The notes below the pieces were generated by a model. The model made no database searches and was not told the origin of the DNA. It worked only from the letters and a program-made list of their open reading frames with translations. Both the position numbers and the translations under genes were made by a program. From positions 124,001-188,000 of IMG/VR virus record IMGVR_UViG_3300025141_000020: a stretch of DNA of 64,000 bases; one strand, given 5' to 3'. Below, in pieces: positions 1 through 10,268 of this stretch (positions are counted from its first letter, which is position 1; each line of letters begins with the position of its first letter).

Positions 1-2
1 AG

Positions 3-293
3 GAACAAACAATACCCACTTTATTCCATAATCTATATAATGATAAAGACCTTAAAATCTCCCCAACATCAGTGTGGATGAATCTTTATTTGTCACTTGA
101 TGAGATTTCAGCTATGAAACTTATATTAGATTCTGAATATGAGAAATTACGTGGATATGTACGTTACGGTTTAGCTGATAGTACTAACACCCCTCTTAGA
201 GATGTTATGTTGTCTGGTGATTTTTTATTTGGGATTAAACGGGTTGGTAGGACTATGGATTGTCCAACCAGGTCATTCATTAACGGCTTATGA
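3..293 (+). CDS. 3' end of a gene entering from the left edge (hypothetical, probably part of the sugar cluster)
   Basis: Frame 3 is open from nt 3 (EQTIPTLFHNLYNDKDLKISPTSVWMN...) to TGA 291-293, 1 nt before the next ATG. Track ORF 72..293 is its tail. Confidence 0.6.
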   Translation, partial: EQTIPTLFHNLYNDKDLKISPTSVWMNLYLSLDEISAMKLILDSEYEKLRGYVRYGLADSTNTPLRDVMLSGDFLFGIKRVGRTMDCPTRSFINGL

Positions 294-294
294 T

Positions 295-1113
295 ATGAAT
301 AGTATATTAGGCTTAAAGGGAAATTCAGGTTGTGAGTTAGCTATTTTAGGAGATACGATTCGAAAGTCTTGCGAACGTAACTATAACGATAGGTTAAAAT
401 TACAGTGTAAAAAACAAACTGATTTTAATAATGGTATATTTAGTACACCAAAAGTTTATGAATCTGGTATAGACAATCAAGGAAAATTCTTTTTTAATAT
501 GGAATTCATGCCGTGTAAAACGTTTGATAGGGTATTTAATACTGCAACTAAGGCTTATTTAGATACTATTATAGGAAAACTCTTGGATTTCACAATAGCG
601 AATACTAAAAAAACAACGGATTTTTCAAGTAAGATAATAACCACCAAATATGAATCAGTAAAAAATAACATAAGGGCACAGAAAAATATTGATGTTAGCT
701 ATTTAGACGATATTTTTTATTCATTAGATGAAACTATAAACATACCTGAAGGTTATTGTCATGGAGATTTAACATTTTCTAATTTATTATTCGATGGAGA
801 TAATATAGTTTTGTTAGATTTTTTAGATACCTATCTAGACTCACCAATGCAGGACATTGTAAAAATTAGACAAGATACAAAATATCATTGGTCTATAAGA
901 ATGTTAGATTGTAAGTTTGATGGAGTAAAATTGACTCAGTGCCTAAATTATATTGATAAAAAAATAGATTATGAGTTCTCAAAAAATGAGTACTATGTAG
1001 AATACTATGCAGTTTTTCAGATTCTAAATTTACTTAGAATAGTACCATACTGTAAAGAAATAAAGAATGTTAATTATTTAATAAATGAAGTAGATAAGTT
1101 ATGTCAACACTAA
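295..1113 (+). CDS. APH/choline-kinase-like phosphotransferase (sugar kinase-like)
   Basis: Brenner-type motif YCHGDLTFSNLLF and LLDF metal-binding motif. Likely start is ATG 295 right after the upstream stop; the track's 202 extension overlaps the upstream gene. Confidence 0.7.
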   Translation: MNSILGLKGNSGCELAILGDTIRKSCERNYNDRLKLQCKKQTDFNNGIFSTPKVYESGIDNQGKFFFNMEFMPCKTFDRVFNTATKAYLDTIIGKLLDFTIANTKKTTDFSSKIITTKYESVKNNIRAQKNIDVSYLDDIFYSLDETINIPEGYCHGDLTFSNLLFDGDNIVLLDFLDTYLDSPMQDIVKIRQDTKYHWSIRMLDCKFDGVKLTQCLNYIDKKIDYEFSKNEYYVEYYAVFQILNLLRIVPYCKEIKNVNYLINEVDKLCQH

Positions 1114-2159
1114 TAATACCATGTGCAGGTAGAAGCACAAGATTCCCTAACTCTAGGCCTAAATGGTCTCTTACCCATCCTTACGGAGACTTAATGTTTA
1201 TTCAGTCGATTAAGGGGTTAGATTTAAGCAAATACTCAGAAATAGTATCAGTTTTTCTAAAAGAAGACATCGAAAAGTTTAATTTATTAGATGGGCTTAA
1301 TCAGTCTCTTGGAGAAATAGACGTGAAAACATCAATAGTTTTACTTGAGGAACCAACATCTAGCCAAAGCGAAACTGTTTCAGAAGCTATAAAGGCATTA
1401 AACCTTAAGGGAGATATCCTAATAAAAGATTGTGACGCATATTTTACAGCTGAATATAGTACTGGAAATTTTGTTTATACTTCAAATCTTAGAGATGTTT
1501 CAAACATCAAAGCAAGTAGTAAGAGTTATGTTGATGTGGATAAGAATGGAATAATACAAACAGTAGTAGAAAAAGATGTAATTAGTAATGAATTTTGCTG
1601 CGGTGGATATGGATTTTCAGACGCAGAAAAGTTTGTACAGACCTATGATAAGCTAAAAGATTCTGCAGAAGGAGAAATTTATATTTCACATATAATTTTT
1701 CAACAACTACTAGATGGAGAACAGTTTATTACTTGTAGTACTTCAAACTTCAATGATTGGGGAACATTAAAGGATTGGAATGAGTATAAAAAACAATATA
1801 AAACTTTATTTTTAGACTTGGATGGTGTATTGGTGGAAAATTCGGGAGAATATATAGGAAAAAGATGGGGCACCACTGATGCTCTAGAATCAAATAAAGA
1901 CTACATAAACAATTTGTATGAAACAGGCAAGGTGAGAATAATATTCACAACTTCTAGAAAGAGTAAATTTAAAGGTGAAACTATTTCACAACTAGAAAAA
2001 TGTGGAATAAAGTATCACAACATAATATTCGATTTACTACATTGTCAGAGAATATTAGTGAATGATTTTTCTAGCAGTAATTCATTTCCAACAGCTAAGG
2101 CGGTTAATCTTCCAAGAAACAATGACAATCTAGAACAATATCTATCGGATAGTTTTTAA
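1101..2159 (+). CDS. Nucleotidyltransferase (NTP_transferase) fused to a C-terminal HAD-like phosphatase
   Basis: N-terminal LIIPCAGRSTRF and DCDAY; C-terminal FLDLDGVL HAD motif I plus FTTSR and NDF motifs. Confidence 0.75.
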   Translation: MSTLIIPCAGRSTRFPNSRPKWSLTHPYGDLMFIQSIKGLDLSKYSEIVSVFLKEDIEKFNLLDGLNQSLGEIDVKTSIVLLEEPTSSQSETVSEAIKALNLKGDILIKDCDAYFTAEYSTGNFVYTSNLRDVSNIKASSKSYVDVDKNGIIQTVVEKDVISNEFCCGGYGFSDAEKFVQTYDKLKDSAEGEIYISHIIFQQLLDGEQFITCSTSNFNDWGTLKDWNEYKKQYKTLFLDLDGVLVENSGEYIGKRWGTTDALESNKDYINNLYETGKVRIIFTTSRKSKFKGETISQLEKCGIKYHNIIFDLLHCQRILVNDFSSSNSFPTAKAVNLPRNNDNLEQYLSDSF

Positions 2160-2171
2160 AAATAATTAATT

Positions 2172-2987
2172 ATGAAAATACCAGTAATTTTAATACATAA
2201 AGGATACCAAGACTACTTGGGTTGTGCAATTAACCAAGCACTTAAAAATAACCCGGTACGATTAATCGGTGATACTTCACCACCCATAACACATGATAGT
2301 TTTAAATTTGTTAACCTAAATAACTATTGTTTAGAGTGTGACGAATTTAGGTCACATTATGAGCACTTAAATACCACACCTGTTGAGTTTGAGATTTTTT
2401 GTTACCAAAGATGGTTCATATTAAAGAATTATATGCTAAGCAATAATTTAGATAAGATATTTTATATTGACTCTGATGTATTACTTTTTGCGAATATGAC
2501 CACTGAGTGGGAAAAATTTAATCAGTATGAAATGACTTTGTTACATAGGACAGCCGCTATATCTTCATTTATTACTTTAAGGGGGGTTACAGATTTTTGT
2601 AATTTTTTAATGTCGACATATGGAGATAAAAATACTTATAATTATAAAAAAATTGCCTCACATTATCAGGTTAGAAAAGAATGTGGTTTAGCTGGTGGTG
2701 TTTGTGACATGACACTCCTAGAATTCTTTCATTATTGTTCTGAGTGTGGGGGTGGTCCTGGTAAGGTTGGTGAAATGATGCAAATAATAGATGATTCCAC
2801 TTATGACCATAATATAAATGTTCCTGACCAAGGATTTGCATTTATTAATGGTAGAAAAGACTTCAAAATAAAAGGAGGCATTCCCTATGTTTATAATGAA
2901 AGATTAGGTAAGGAGATAAAATTTAATTCTCTACATTTTCAAGGTGGAGCTAAACAATTAATGAGAAGTGTGTATGACCAATGTTAA
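2172..2987 (+). CDS. Putative GT-A fold glycosyltransferase
   Basis: IFYIDSDVLLF DxD motif; sugar-cluster context. Confidence 0.55.
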   Translation: MKIPVILIHKGYQDYLGCAINQALKNNPVRLIGDTSPPITHDSFKFVNLNNYCLECDEFRSHYEHLNTTPVEFEIFCYQRWFILKNYMLSNNLDKIFYIDSDVLLFANMTTEWEKFNQYEMTLLHRTAAISSFITLRGVTDFCNFLMSTYGDKNTYNYKKIASHYQVRKECGLAGGVCDMTLLEFFHYCSECGGGPGKVGEMMQIIDDSTYDHNINVPDQGFAFINGRKDFKIKGGIPYVYNERLGKEIKFNSLHFQGGAKQLMRSVYDQC

Positions 2988-3576
2988 CGATTCCTGGAAA
3001 AATAAGAATGTCTTTAAAAAACAATTAAATTTTAATATATCCGAATTATCTTCTAAATCCACATACCCAAACCATTGGATTGATTTCATAACATTAATAA
3101 ATCTATTCAACCCTAAGTCGATATTGGATGTAGGATGTGGATGTGGTGCTATATACGAATTATGTAAAAAAGAACTTCCCAATTTACAATATTATGGTGT
3201 AGATTATTCTGAAGACGCGATAAATTTAGCTAAAGAGCATTGGAATAAGGATGTGTTTAGTGTTTGTGACTATAAGGATTTAACCAAGTCATATATCTCT
3301 AATTTTGACCTTATTCATCTTGGGGCTGTATTAGATGTGTTGGATAATGGTGATGAAGCTTTGGAGTACCTACTTTCATTATCTCCTAAAAATATTCTAA
3401 TCGGTAGAATGAAAATAACGGATAAAGATAGTCACTACACAACCTACCAAGCTTACGATGAGATAACTACTTGTGCCTATTACCATAGTAAAAATAATTT
3501 CTTATCTTTATGTGATAAATATGGTTACAATATACGTAACATAAATGATAATTTTTATTTAAACAAAAAAATATGA
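2968..3576 (+). CDS. Class I SAM-dependent methyltransferase
   Basis: SILDVGCGCG motif I, YYGVDYS motif II, FDLIHL. Confidence 0.85.
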   Translation: MCMTNVNDSWKNKNVFKKQLNFNISELSSKSTYPNHWIDFITLINLFNPKSILDVGCGCGAIYELCKKELPNLQYYGVDYSEDAINLAKEHWNKDVFSVCDYKDLTKSYISNFDLIHLGAVLDVLDNGDEALEYLLSLSPKNILIGRMKITDKDSHYTTYQAYDEITTCAYYHSKNNFLSLCDKYGYNIRNINDNFYLNKKI

Positions 3577-4325
3577 CAGAATTTCTAGAAAAGTGGGATA
3601 GGGTAGATTTGATAAATTCTTTAGATGAATTTAATGAATTATATAAAAGTAGGCCCATAAAAGATAATGACGGTGGTATGAAATCACCCCACATGTTTTC
3701 CGCTTGGTTTATTGTAAAACAACTTAAGCCTGAATATCTAATAGAGAGTGGTGTTTGGAAGGGTTTGGGTACTTGGTTCTTTGAGAAGGCTAGTCCTGAA
3801 ACAAAGATAATTTCTATTGACCCGGCACCACATTTTAGAAAATATACAAGCCCTAATGCCACTTACCAAACAGAGGATTTTTTGGTGTCGGACTGGAGTC
3901 ATTTACCTAAAGAAGATACTTTTATTTTCTTTGATGACCATCAAAACTTTCTTGAGCGAATGAAGCATGCTTATAGTCTTGGGTTTAAAAAAATGATTAC
4001 GGAGGACAATTACCCTTACCAACAAGGAGATTGTTATACACCTAAAAAAATATTGGCTAATTGTAAGTATGTTATTGATTTAGCTGGTTCTAGAACTTGG
4101 TATGACAAAGTAGATGAGGACAATGAATATTTTAAAAATAATGTATCTGTGTATCAAGAAATGCCTCCAATATTTAAAGGTGAAGTGACTAGGTGGGGAG
4201 ATTTGTGGGGTGATGATTACCCAACACCAGAACCACTTTTAAAATTAGAAGATAGTATAAAATACTCAACTTTTTTTGGTGAAAAGGATGATTATACCTG
4301 GATTTGTTATCTTGAGTTAACATGA
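3573..4325 (+). CDS. Methyltransferase-like protein
   Basis: LIESGVWKGLGT...IISIDP and FIFFDDH resemble class I MTase motifs. Confidence 0.5.
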   Translation: MTEFLEKWDRVDLINSLDEFNELYKSRPIKDNDGGMKSPHMFSAWFIVKQLKPEYLIESGVWKGLGTWFFEKASPETKIISIDPAPHFRKYTSPNATYQTEDFLVSDWSHLPKEDTFIFFDDHQNFLERMKHAYSLGFKKMITEDNYPYQQGDCYTPKKILANCKYVIDLAGSRTWYDKVDEDNEYFKNNVSVYQEMPPIFKGEVTRWGDLWGDDYPTPEPLLKLEDSIKYSTFFGEKDDYTWICYLELT

Positions 4326-5245
4326 TAGGGTTATTTAACATAAATACCCATACCTTAGATACGTCTAGGTACACCAATTTACTTCACGATAATATCGTTA
4401 CTGAGTTTGAGGATTCCATCAAAAGTTATGTGGGGGCTAAATATGCTGTTAGCTTTAATAGTGCTACTAGCGCTATTTTTCTATCTTTATTAAATAAAAA
4501 TACAATTTTAGATGTTCCTAGTATGATACCACCAGTGGTTTTAAATGCTATAGTAACATCTGGAAATAAATATACCTTTAACGACAATACGGGTTGGGTT
4601 GGTGATTCATACGTCTTACACGATTTTGGAGATTATAAAATAGTGGACTCAGCTCAAAAATTAGAAAAAAACCAATTTAAGTCAGAGTGTAATGATGGGG
4701 ATTTAATGGTCTTTAGTTTTTACCCTACTAAACCTGTTGGTGGGTCTGATGGTGGTATTATAGTCTCCAACGATATAGATAAGATTACGTTATTAAAGGA
4801 AATGGCTCTTAATGGTATGACTTATTCACATAATAACTGGGAAAGAAAAATTAGGTTTCCTGGGTATAAAATGTATATGAACAGTATTCAAGCTGATATA
4901 GCTATGAATAATTTTAATCTGTATGAGGAAAAGTTATCGTCACTTAAAAAAATTAGAGACATATATAATAACAAGTTAGGTTATTCAAATACTAGTAACC
5001 ACCTATATAGAATAGAAGTGGATAAGAGGGAAAATTTTATAGAGTATATGAAAACAAATGGTGTGTGGTGTGGAATACATTATGAAGCTGCTCATCTTAA
5101 CTCAGTATACTCTTTGGGTAATGTTAACTGTCCATTGTCAGAGAAAAAAAGTTTAAGAACTGTTTCTATACCTTTTCATGAACGATTGACTATTTCTGAA
5201 GTTAATATTATCATTAATGCAGTAAAAGAATATCGTGAAAAATAA
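4322..5245 (+). CDS. DegT/DnrJ/EryC1/StrS PLP-dependent sugar aminotransferase
   Basis: AVSFNSATSAIFL, IVDSAQ, FSFYPTKPVGGSDGG (PLP lysine), VSIPFH. Confidence 0.85.
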   Translation: MIGLFNINTHTLDTSRYTNLLHDNIVTEFEDSIKSYVGAKYAVSFNSATSAIFLSLLNKNTILDVPSMIPPVVLNAIVTSGNKYTFNDNTGWVGDSYVLHDFGDYKIVDSAQKLEKNQFKSECNDGDLMVFSFYPTKPVGGSDGGIIVSNDIDKITLLKEMALNGMTYSHNNWERKIRFPGYKMYMNSIQADIAMNNFNLYEEKLSSLKKIRDIYNNKLGYSNTSNHLYRIEVDKRENFIEYMKTNGVWCGIHYEAAHLNSVYSLGNVNCPLSEKKSLRTVSIPFHERLTISEVNIIINAVKEYREK

Positions 5246-5633
5246 TATAAAGTGTACATTGGATGTCTTCGAGGATTATAGGGGTTGTTTATTGCCTATA
5301 GAATTTACTGGACTAGGTTTTGAACCTAAGAGAGTTTTTGTGGTCAATAGTGTTCCTGTTGGTGACATTCGTGGAAATCACTCACACCATAAAACTAAAC
5401 AGTATATAATTTGTACTAATGGGTCGGTTAATGTTATGTTAGATGACGGTAAAACTAAAAAAACAACAAAACTAAATAGAAACCAGTCTATTATGGTTCC
5501 AGAGTTAGTGTGGGATTCTCAAGAATTTTTAACGGAAGACGCTGAAATATTAGTTATATGTTCAACAGAATACAACATAGAAGATTATATACTAACCTAT
5601 GATGAATTTATTAAAGTGATTAACCAAAGATGA
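5235..5633 (+). CDS. FdtA/QdtA-like NDP-4-keto-6-deoxyhexose 3,4-ketoisomerase (cupin)
   Basis: DYRGCLLPIE, PKRVF, RGNHSHHKTKQ cupin His motif, YILTYDEF. GTG start. Confidence 0.85.
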   Translation: MKNNIKCTLDVFEDYRGCLLPIEFTGLGFEPKRVFVVNSVPVGDIRGNHSHHKTKQYIICTNGSVNVMLDDGKTKKTTKLNRNQSIMVPELVWDSQEFLTEDAEILVICSTEYNIEDYILTYDEFIKVINQR

Positions 5634-6631
5634 AGAAAACAGCTTTAATAACAGGGATAAATGGGCAAGATGGTTCATATCTAGCTGAGTTACTACTTGC
5701 TAAAGGATATGAGGTCTGGGGCATACTAAAAAGAAATTCTGTAGCAGAAAATCAAACAGCTAGAATTCCAGATGATGTCTACAAAAAGTTAAATCTAGTT
5801 TATGGTGACATGACTGACATACCATCACTAATTAATGTAATCCAAAAGTGTAAACCACAAGAAATATACAATCTAGCTGCTCAATCACATGTTAGAATAA
5901 GTTTTGACCAACCTATTTATACGGCTCAAGTAACTGGTATAGGCACATTAAATTTATTAGAGTCTGTTCGGTTAACGGACCCTAAAATCAAAATATACCA
6001 GGCTAGTAGTTCAGAAATGTTTGGCAATAATATAGATAATGATGGTTATCAAAGAGAGACAACTCCATTAAATCCTGTATCACCTTATGGATGTGCAAAA
6101 GTATTTTCATACAACATAAGTAGGAATTATAGAAATTCTTACGGGATGTTTATTTCTAACGGAATACTATTTAATCACGAATCCCCTAGAAGAGGTGCTA
6201 ATTTCGTAACTAGTAAAGTATGTAAAGAAGCGGTTAAGATTAAATTAGGTTTGTCTGATAGGTTAAGTTTGGGTAATATGGATTCTAGTAGGGATTGGGG
6301 TCATGCAAAAGATTATGTGGAGGCTATGTGGTTAATATTACAACAAGATAAACCAAATGATTTTGTTTGTTCAACTGGTATATCACATACTGTTAAAGAT
6401 TTAGTAATATATGTTTTTGGTGAACTTGAACTGGATTGGGAAAAATATGTTGTTCAAGATAAAAAATACTTAAGGCCAGAAGAATTAACTCACTTAAAGG
6501 GTGATTGTAGTAAAATAACTTCAGAATTAGGGTGGAAACATAAATACACATTTGAGTCTATGTTAGATGAAATGATTGGCTATTGGTTAGATAAATTAAA
6601 AAATAATAAAAACGATGAATATAGAAAATAA
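5630..6631 (+). CDS. gmd: GDP-mannose 4,6-dehydratase
   Basis: ALITGINGQDGSYLAE, YNLAAQSHV, YQASSSEMFG, SPYGCAK, LFNHESPRRG, RDWGHAKDYV. Confidence 0.97.
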   Translation: MKKTALITGINGQDGSYLAELLLAKGYEVWGILKRNSVAENQTARIPDDVYKKLNLVYGDMTDIPSLINVIQKCKPQEIYNLAAQSHVRISFDQPIYTAQVTGIGTLNLLESVRLTDPKIKIYQASSSEMFGNNIDNDGYQRETTPLNPVSPYGCAKVFSYNISRNYRNSYGMFISNGILFNHESPRRGANFVTSKVCKEAVKIKLGLSDRLSLGNMDSSRDWGHAKDYVEAMWLILQQDKPNDFVCSTGISHTVKDLVIYVFGELELDWEKYVVQDKKYLRPEELTHLKGDCSKITSELGWKHKYTFESMLDEMIGYWLDKLKNNKNDEYRK

Positions 6632-7199
6632 TAAATTATGGTGTGAAGAAGGTCATATGAATATAGACCAGGCAAATTTTATACAAAAATTATCAAAAGA
6701 ACAAAAGCCAAAATATTGTTTAGAGACTGGTTTTTGTACTGGTAGAAGTTCATTATCTGTAATACTAGGTAATGAAGATAATATTGAAAAATTTATAACA
6801 ATTGATATTAACTTTGATTATTGGCCTCCTTCTAGAAAATCTCTTGGTGAATTTGAATCTAAATATAGTTTTTATCGTGGAATTGAAAATAATTCTGCTG
6901 AAGTTTTAACTAAAGAATTTTTTGAATCAGAGTACCCTAATGGAATTGATTGGTTTACTGTGGATGGGGACCATTCATATGCTGGTTGTAAAAATGACTT
7001 ATGGACGGCTCTCCCCCACATGAATAAAAATTCAATCATGATTATTGATGATTATGAATCAAACACCCCAAATGGTTGTCCAATACCAGAAGTCACCAAT
7101 GCGTGTGATGATTTTTATAAAGAAAATTCAGATAAACTAAGTAGAGAAAAATGGAATAAGTTAGGTAAAGGGTTTTGTGTATTTAGAGTTAAACAATGA
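6615..7199 (+). CDS. SAM-dependent methyltransferase (Methyltransf_24-like)
   Basis: CLETGFCTGRSS and VDGDHSYAGCKND...IIDDY motifs. Confidence 0.75.
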   Translation: MNIENNKLWCEEGHMNIDQANFIQKLSKEQKPKYCLETGFCTGRSSLSVILGNEDNIEKFITIDINFDYWPPSRKSLGEFESKYSFYRGIENNSAEVLTKEFFESEYPNGIDWFTVDGDHSYAGCKNDLWTALPHMNKNSIMIIDDYESNTPNGCPIPEVTNACDDFYKENSDKLSREKWNKLGKGFCVFRVKQ

Positions 7200-7876
7200 A
7201 AGGTAAAAAAGTTTTAGTTTTGGGAAATAAACCCTATAGTAATTTCAAACTCAATAATATTATTGATAGCTTTGATATAATTTACAGATGTAACCTTGCT
7301 TGGCCTGGTAAGAACAATGGAACAAAATTTGGTAAATTAGCAATGTGTAATCATATATATGAAAATTTCGTAAAAAAATCTGTTAGTAAAGAACAATCCA
7401 TCAAGCCATATGAAAATGATTATGATAATGCATATTTAAGTGATTGGTATGATTGGTTTCAAGTAAATAAAGAAAATTTTGATGAGGTATTTCATCAAAA
7501 TGAACAGACTGGTAATCAATGGAATGAAATGCTTAAAAACTATGGCTGTCCACATAAATTTACAAGAACACCAAGAACAGGATATTCAACTATTTTTAGA
7601 AATTTAATAAACAATAATAGTGAAATATATGTTTCATCTTTTAGTTTGGATGATGATGAAATTAGAGAATCAATTGGGCTAAAAATTGATAAAGCAAAAT
7701 CAGAAGGTAGCGGTTGTCATTCAAAGTCAGACGAAACAAATATATTAACTTGGTTGCATAACAATGAAAAAATTGACGCGTCACTGTGTATGCTTGAAGA
7801 CACTGAAGAAATTAGTATCAAAAGTAATAATATGAAGTTTTCTAAGTTTATACTTGATTTAGTAAAAAAGAAATAA
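7196..7876 (+). CDS. GT29 (sialyltransferase)-like protein
   Basis: KKVLVLGNKP...IIDSFDIIYRCN resembles sialylmotif L; PRTGYS and a late CHS resemble motifs S/VS; lies directly upstream of a CMP-transferase. Confidence 0.5.
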   Translation: MKGKKVLVLGNKPYSNFKLNNIIDSFDIIYRCNLAWPGKNNGTKFGKLAMCNHIYENFVKKSVSKEQSIKPYENDYDNAYLSDWYDWFQVNKENFDEVFHQNEQTGNQWNEMLKNYGCPHKFTRTPRTGYSTIFRNLINNNSEIYVSSFSLDDDEIRESIGLKIDKAKSEGSGCHSKSDETNILTWLHNNEKIDASLCMLEDTEEISIKSNNMKFSKFILDLVKKK

Positions 7877-7878
7877 TT

Positions 7879-9486
7879 ATGAAAAAGCCTTTAATTTTAG
7901 ATTGCACAATCCGTGATGGTGGAATAGTAAATGATTTTAATTTTGACATTAACTTTGTTAAGAAATGTATGGATACAATAGAAAAAAGTGATTGTAATTA
8001 TTGTGAATTAGGATATATACATGATAAAAAATATATCAATTCATATGACACGTTTTGGAAAAATATAAATATTGTGGAGTTATCATCAATGCTTAAAAAA
8101 TCTAATATTAAATTATCTGTAATGGGTGATATGGGAAAATTTAGTTTAGATTTAATTCCAGAAAAAACATCTAATATTGTTGTAGACTTAATTAGAGTAG
8201 CTGGAACAGAAGATAAATTACTAGGTATGTTGGATTTAACTAAAAAAATATCGTCGAAGGGTTACGAAACATCAATCAACTTAATGGCATCTTCACATTA
8301 TTCTAAAGATGATTGGGAACGCATAGTAGATATTGTTAATAAATCTAGCTTCAAGCCCACATTTATTTATTTTGCAGATAGTTTTGGTAACTTAAAGCCT
8401 AGTGATGTTTTAAGTATAGTTAATAAACTTAAAAAATTAAACGATGTCAAAATTGGCTTTCATAGCCACAACCAACTACAATTAGCTTTTGCTAATACAT
8501 TAAAAGCAATCGAGCTGGATATAGATATAGTAGATTCAACAATAACAGGAATGGGAAAAGGCCCAGGAAATTTACCCACTGAATTATTATTAGGATATTA
8601 TAATCATGATTTGAAATATGTTAATAAATTTATTGACAATGAAATGAAATCACTAATGAATAAATATGAATGGGGTTATTTACATAAATATTTTATTTGT
8701 GGTTTATATAATGCAACACCTAGATATGGTGAATTCATTATGCGAGATAAAAATTCATCCTTGAATGATGTTGTTGATAGTGTTAAAAATAAATCTTTAG
8801 GTGATAAAATTAGTTATAAAAAAGATATTTCTAATGTAAGAATAACAGCTGTTATACCAATAAAAATGAACAATGAAAGATTACCAGGTAAAAACACAAA
8901 TAATTTAGGAGATAAGCCTCTGTGTCAATATATATTTAATACTTTATTAAAAGTTAAAGAGCGTTATAAAAATTTAGACATTATAGTTTATTGTAGTAGT
9001 GATGAGATAAAACAATATTTATTACCTGGTATCAAATTCCTAAAACGAGATAAAAGACTAGATGAAAATAATACAAACTATACAGATATATTTTCTGAAT
9101 TTATTAAAGAAGCTGATAGTGATATATACATTTATACGCATGCAACTAGCCCTTTTATAAAAGCAGATAGTATTATAAATTCAATTAAAAAGGTCTTAAT
9201 AGAAGGTTATGATAGTTCTTTTTCAGTTTTGAAAAAAAATGTTTTTTATTGGGCTGATGACAAGTCAAATTATAACACAAATAATGTACCTCGAACCCAA
9301 GATTTGGACCCTATATTTATAGAGACCAGTGGTTTTTATGTATATAGAAAAGACGTTTTTGAAAATACGGGTACAAGAATAGGAAAAACTCCTTTCCTTT
9401 ATTGTGTTGATGAAGAAGAAGGTATCGATATAGATGATAAAAAAGATTTTGTACTAGCTCAAAATATAATTTGTAGTGTTAAATAG
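7879..9486 (+). CDS. Fusion of a DRE-TIM (HMGL/HOA-like) aldolase and an acylneuraminate-type cytidylyltransferase
   Basis: N-half LDCTIRDGG, FADSFG, GFHSHNQL, GMGKGPGN; C-half AVIPIKMNNERLPGKN, HATSPF, PRTQDL, ETSGFY, DIDDKKDF. Confidence 0.85.
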   Translation: MKKPLILDCTIRDGGIVNDFNFDINFVKKCMDTIEKSDCNYCELGYIHDKKYINSYDTFWKNINIVELSSMLKKSNIKLSVMGDMGKFSLDLIPEKTSNIVVDLIRVAGTEDKLLGMLDLTKKISSKGYETSINLMASSHYSKDDWERIVDIVNKSSFKPTFIYFADSFGNLKPSDVLSIVNKLKKLNDVKIGFHSHNQLQLAFANTLKAIELDIDIVDSTITGMGKGPGNLPTELLLGYYNHDLKYVNKFIDNEMKSLMNKYEWGYLHKYFICGLYNATPRYGEFIMRDKNSSLNDVVDSVKNKSLGDKISYKKDISNVRITAVIPIKMNNERLPGKNTNNLGDKPLCQYIFNTLLKVKERYKNLDIIVYCSSDEIKQYLLPGIKFLKRDKRLDENNTNYTDIFSEFIKEADSDIYIYTHATSPFIKADSIINSIKKVLIEGYDSSFSVLKKNVFYWADDKSNYNTNNVPRTQDLDPIFIETSGFYVYRKDVFENTGTRIGKTPFLYCVDEEEGIDIDDKKDFVLAQNIICSVK

Positions 9487-9509
9487 AGATTAAAAGTAAT
9501 AATAAACTA

Positions 9510-10256
9510 ATGGGAAGAAGAAGTAAGAAATTATCTAGAGAAGAACAACGAGAGGTTGAGGAATGGATTTACCAGAATAATACTGAAGAAACTAGAATGA
9601 CTGACACTATGACTATTCGTGTTAAGTGTAAAACAGAAAATCAGAAGTCTCTAGTTAACGCGATTAAAGAAAAAGAAGTAATTATATGTTCTGGGCCTGC
9701 TGGAACAGGTAAAACTTATCTAGCGTGTGCTGAAGCTTTAAAATTAATTAAAAAATATGCAAAATATAAAAAGATTGTAATTGTAAAGTCAGTCACTACT
9801 TTAAAGAATGAAGAGATTGGTTTTTTAAAAGGTAATTTACGTGAAAAAATGGAGCCTTTTATGTTTTCTTTTGTTCATAACTTTGAAAAATTGGTTGGTC
9901 AGTCTATAACTTCTAAATTAAGAGAATTAAAAACTATAGAAGAAATGCCTATTGCGTACATGAGAGGAATCAATTTAGATAGGTCAATTATAATAATAGA
10001 TGAGGCACAAAACATTTCACAAGAGAATATAAGGACTATTATGACTAGGTTAGGGAGAGACTCTAAAATGATATTTCTTGGTGATGAAAGACAGCAAGAT
10101 TCTAAGGGTGGTAACGGATTAACATTTTTAATGGACCACTTTCAAGACATAGAAGAAATAGGGTGTGTACAATTCACTAAATCGGACGTGGTTAGAAATC
10201 CATTAGTAGCTAAAATAGAGAGGGTATTTGATTCTTTACAAAAGAACATTAAATAA
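9510..10256 (+). CDS. phoH: PhoH-family ATPase
   Basis: GPAGTGKT Walker A, EEIGFLKG, YMRGINL, IIDEAQN, GDERQQD, VVRNPLV. Confidence 0.95.
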   Translation: MGRRSKKLSREEQREVEEWIYQNNTEETRMTDTMTIRVKCKTENQKSLVNAIKEKEVIICSGPAGTGKTYLACAEALKLIKKYAKYKKIVIVKSVTTLKNEEIGFLKGNLREKMEPFMFSFVHNFEKLVGQSITSKLRELKTIEEMPIAYMRGINLDRSIIIIDEAQNISQENIRTIMTRLGRDSKMIFLGDERQQDSKGGNGLTFLMDHFQDIEEIGCVQFTKSDVVRNPLVAKIERVFDSLQKNIK

Positions 10257-10268
10257 TTAAGTTTAAAT

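Noticed and set aside
72-294. Track starts at 72 (GTG) and 202 (ATG)
   Set aside because: 72..293 is the tail of a gene entering from the left. The kinase more plausibly starts at ATG 295; the 202 extension overlaps the upstream gene.
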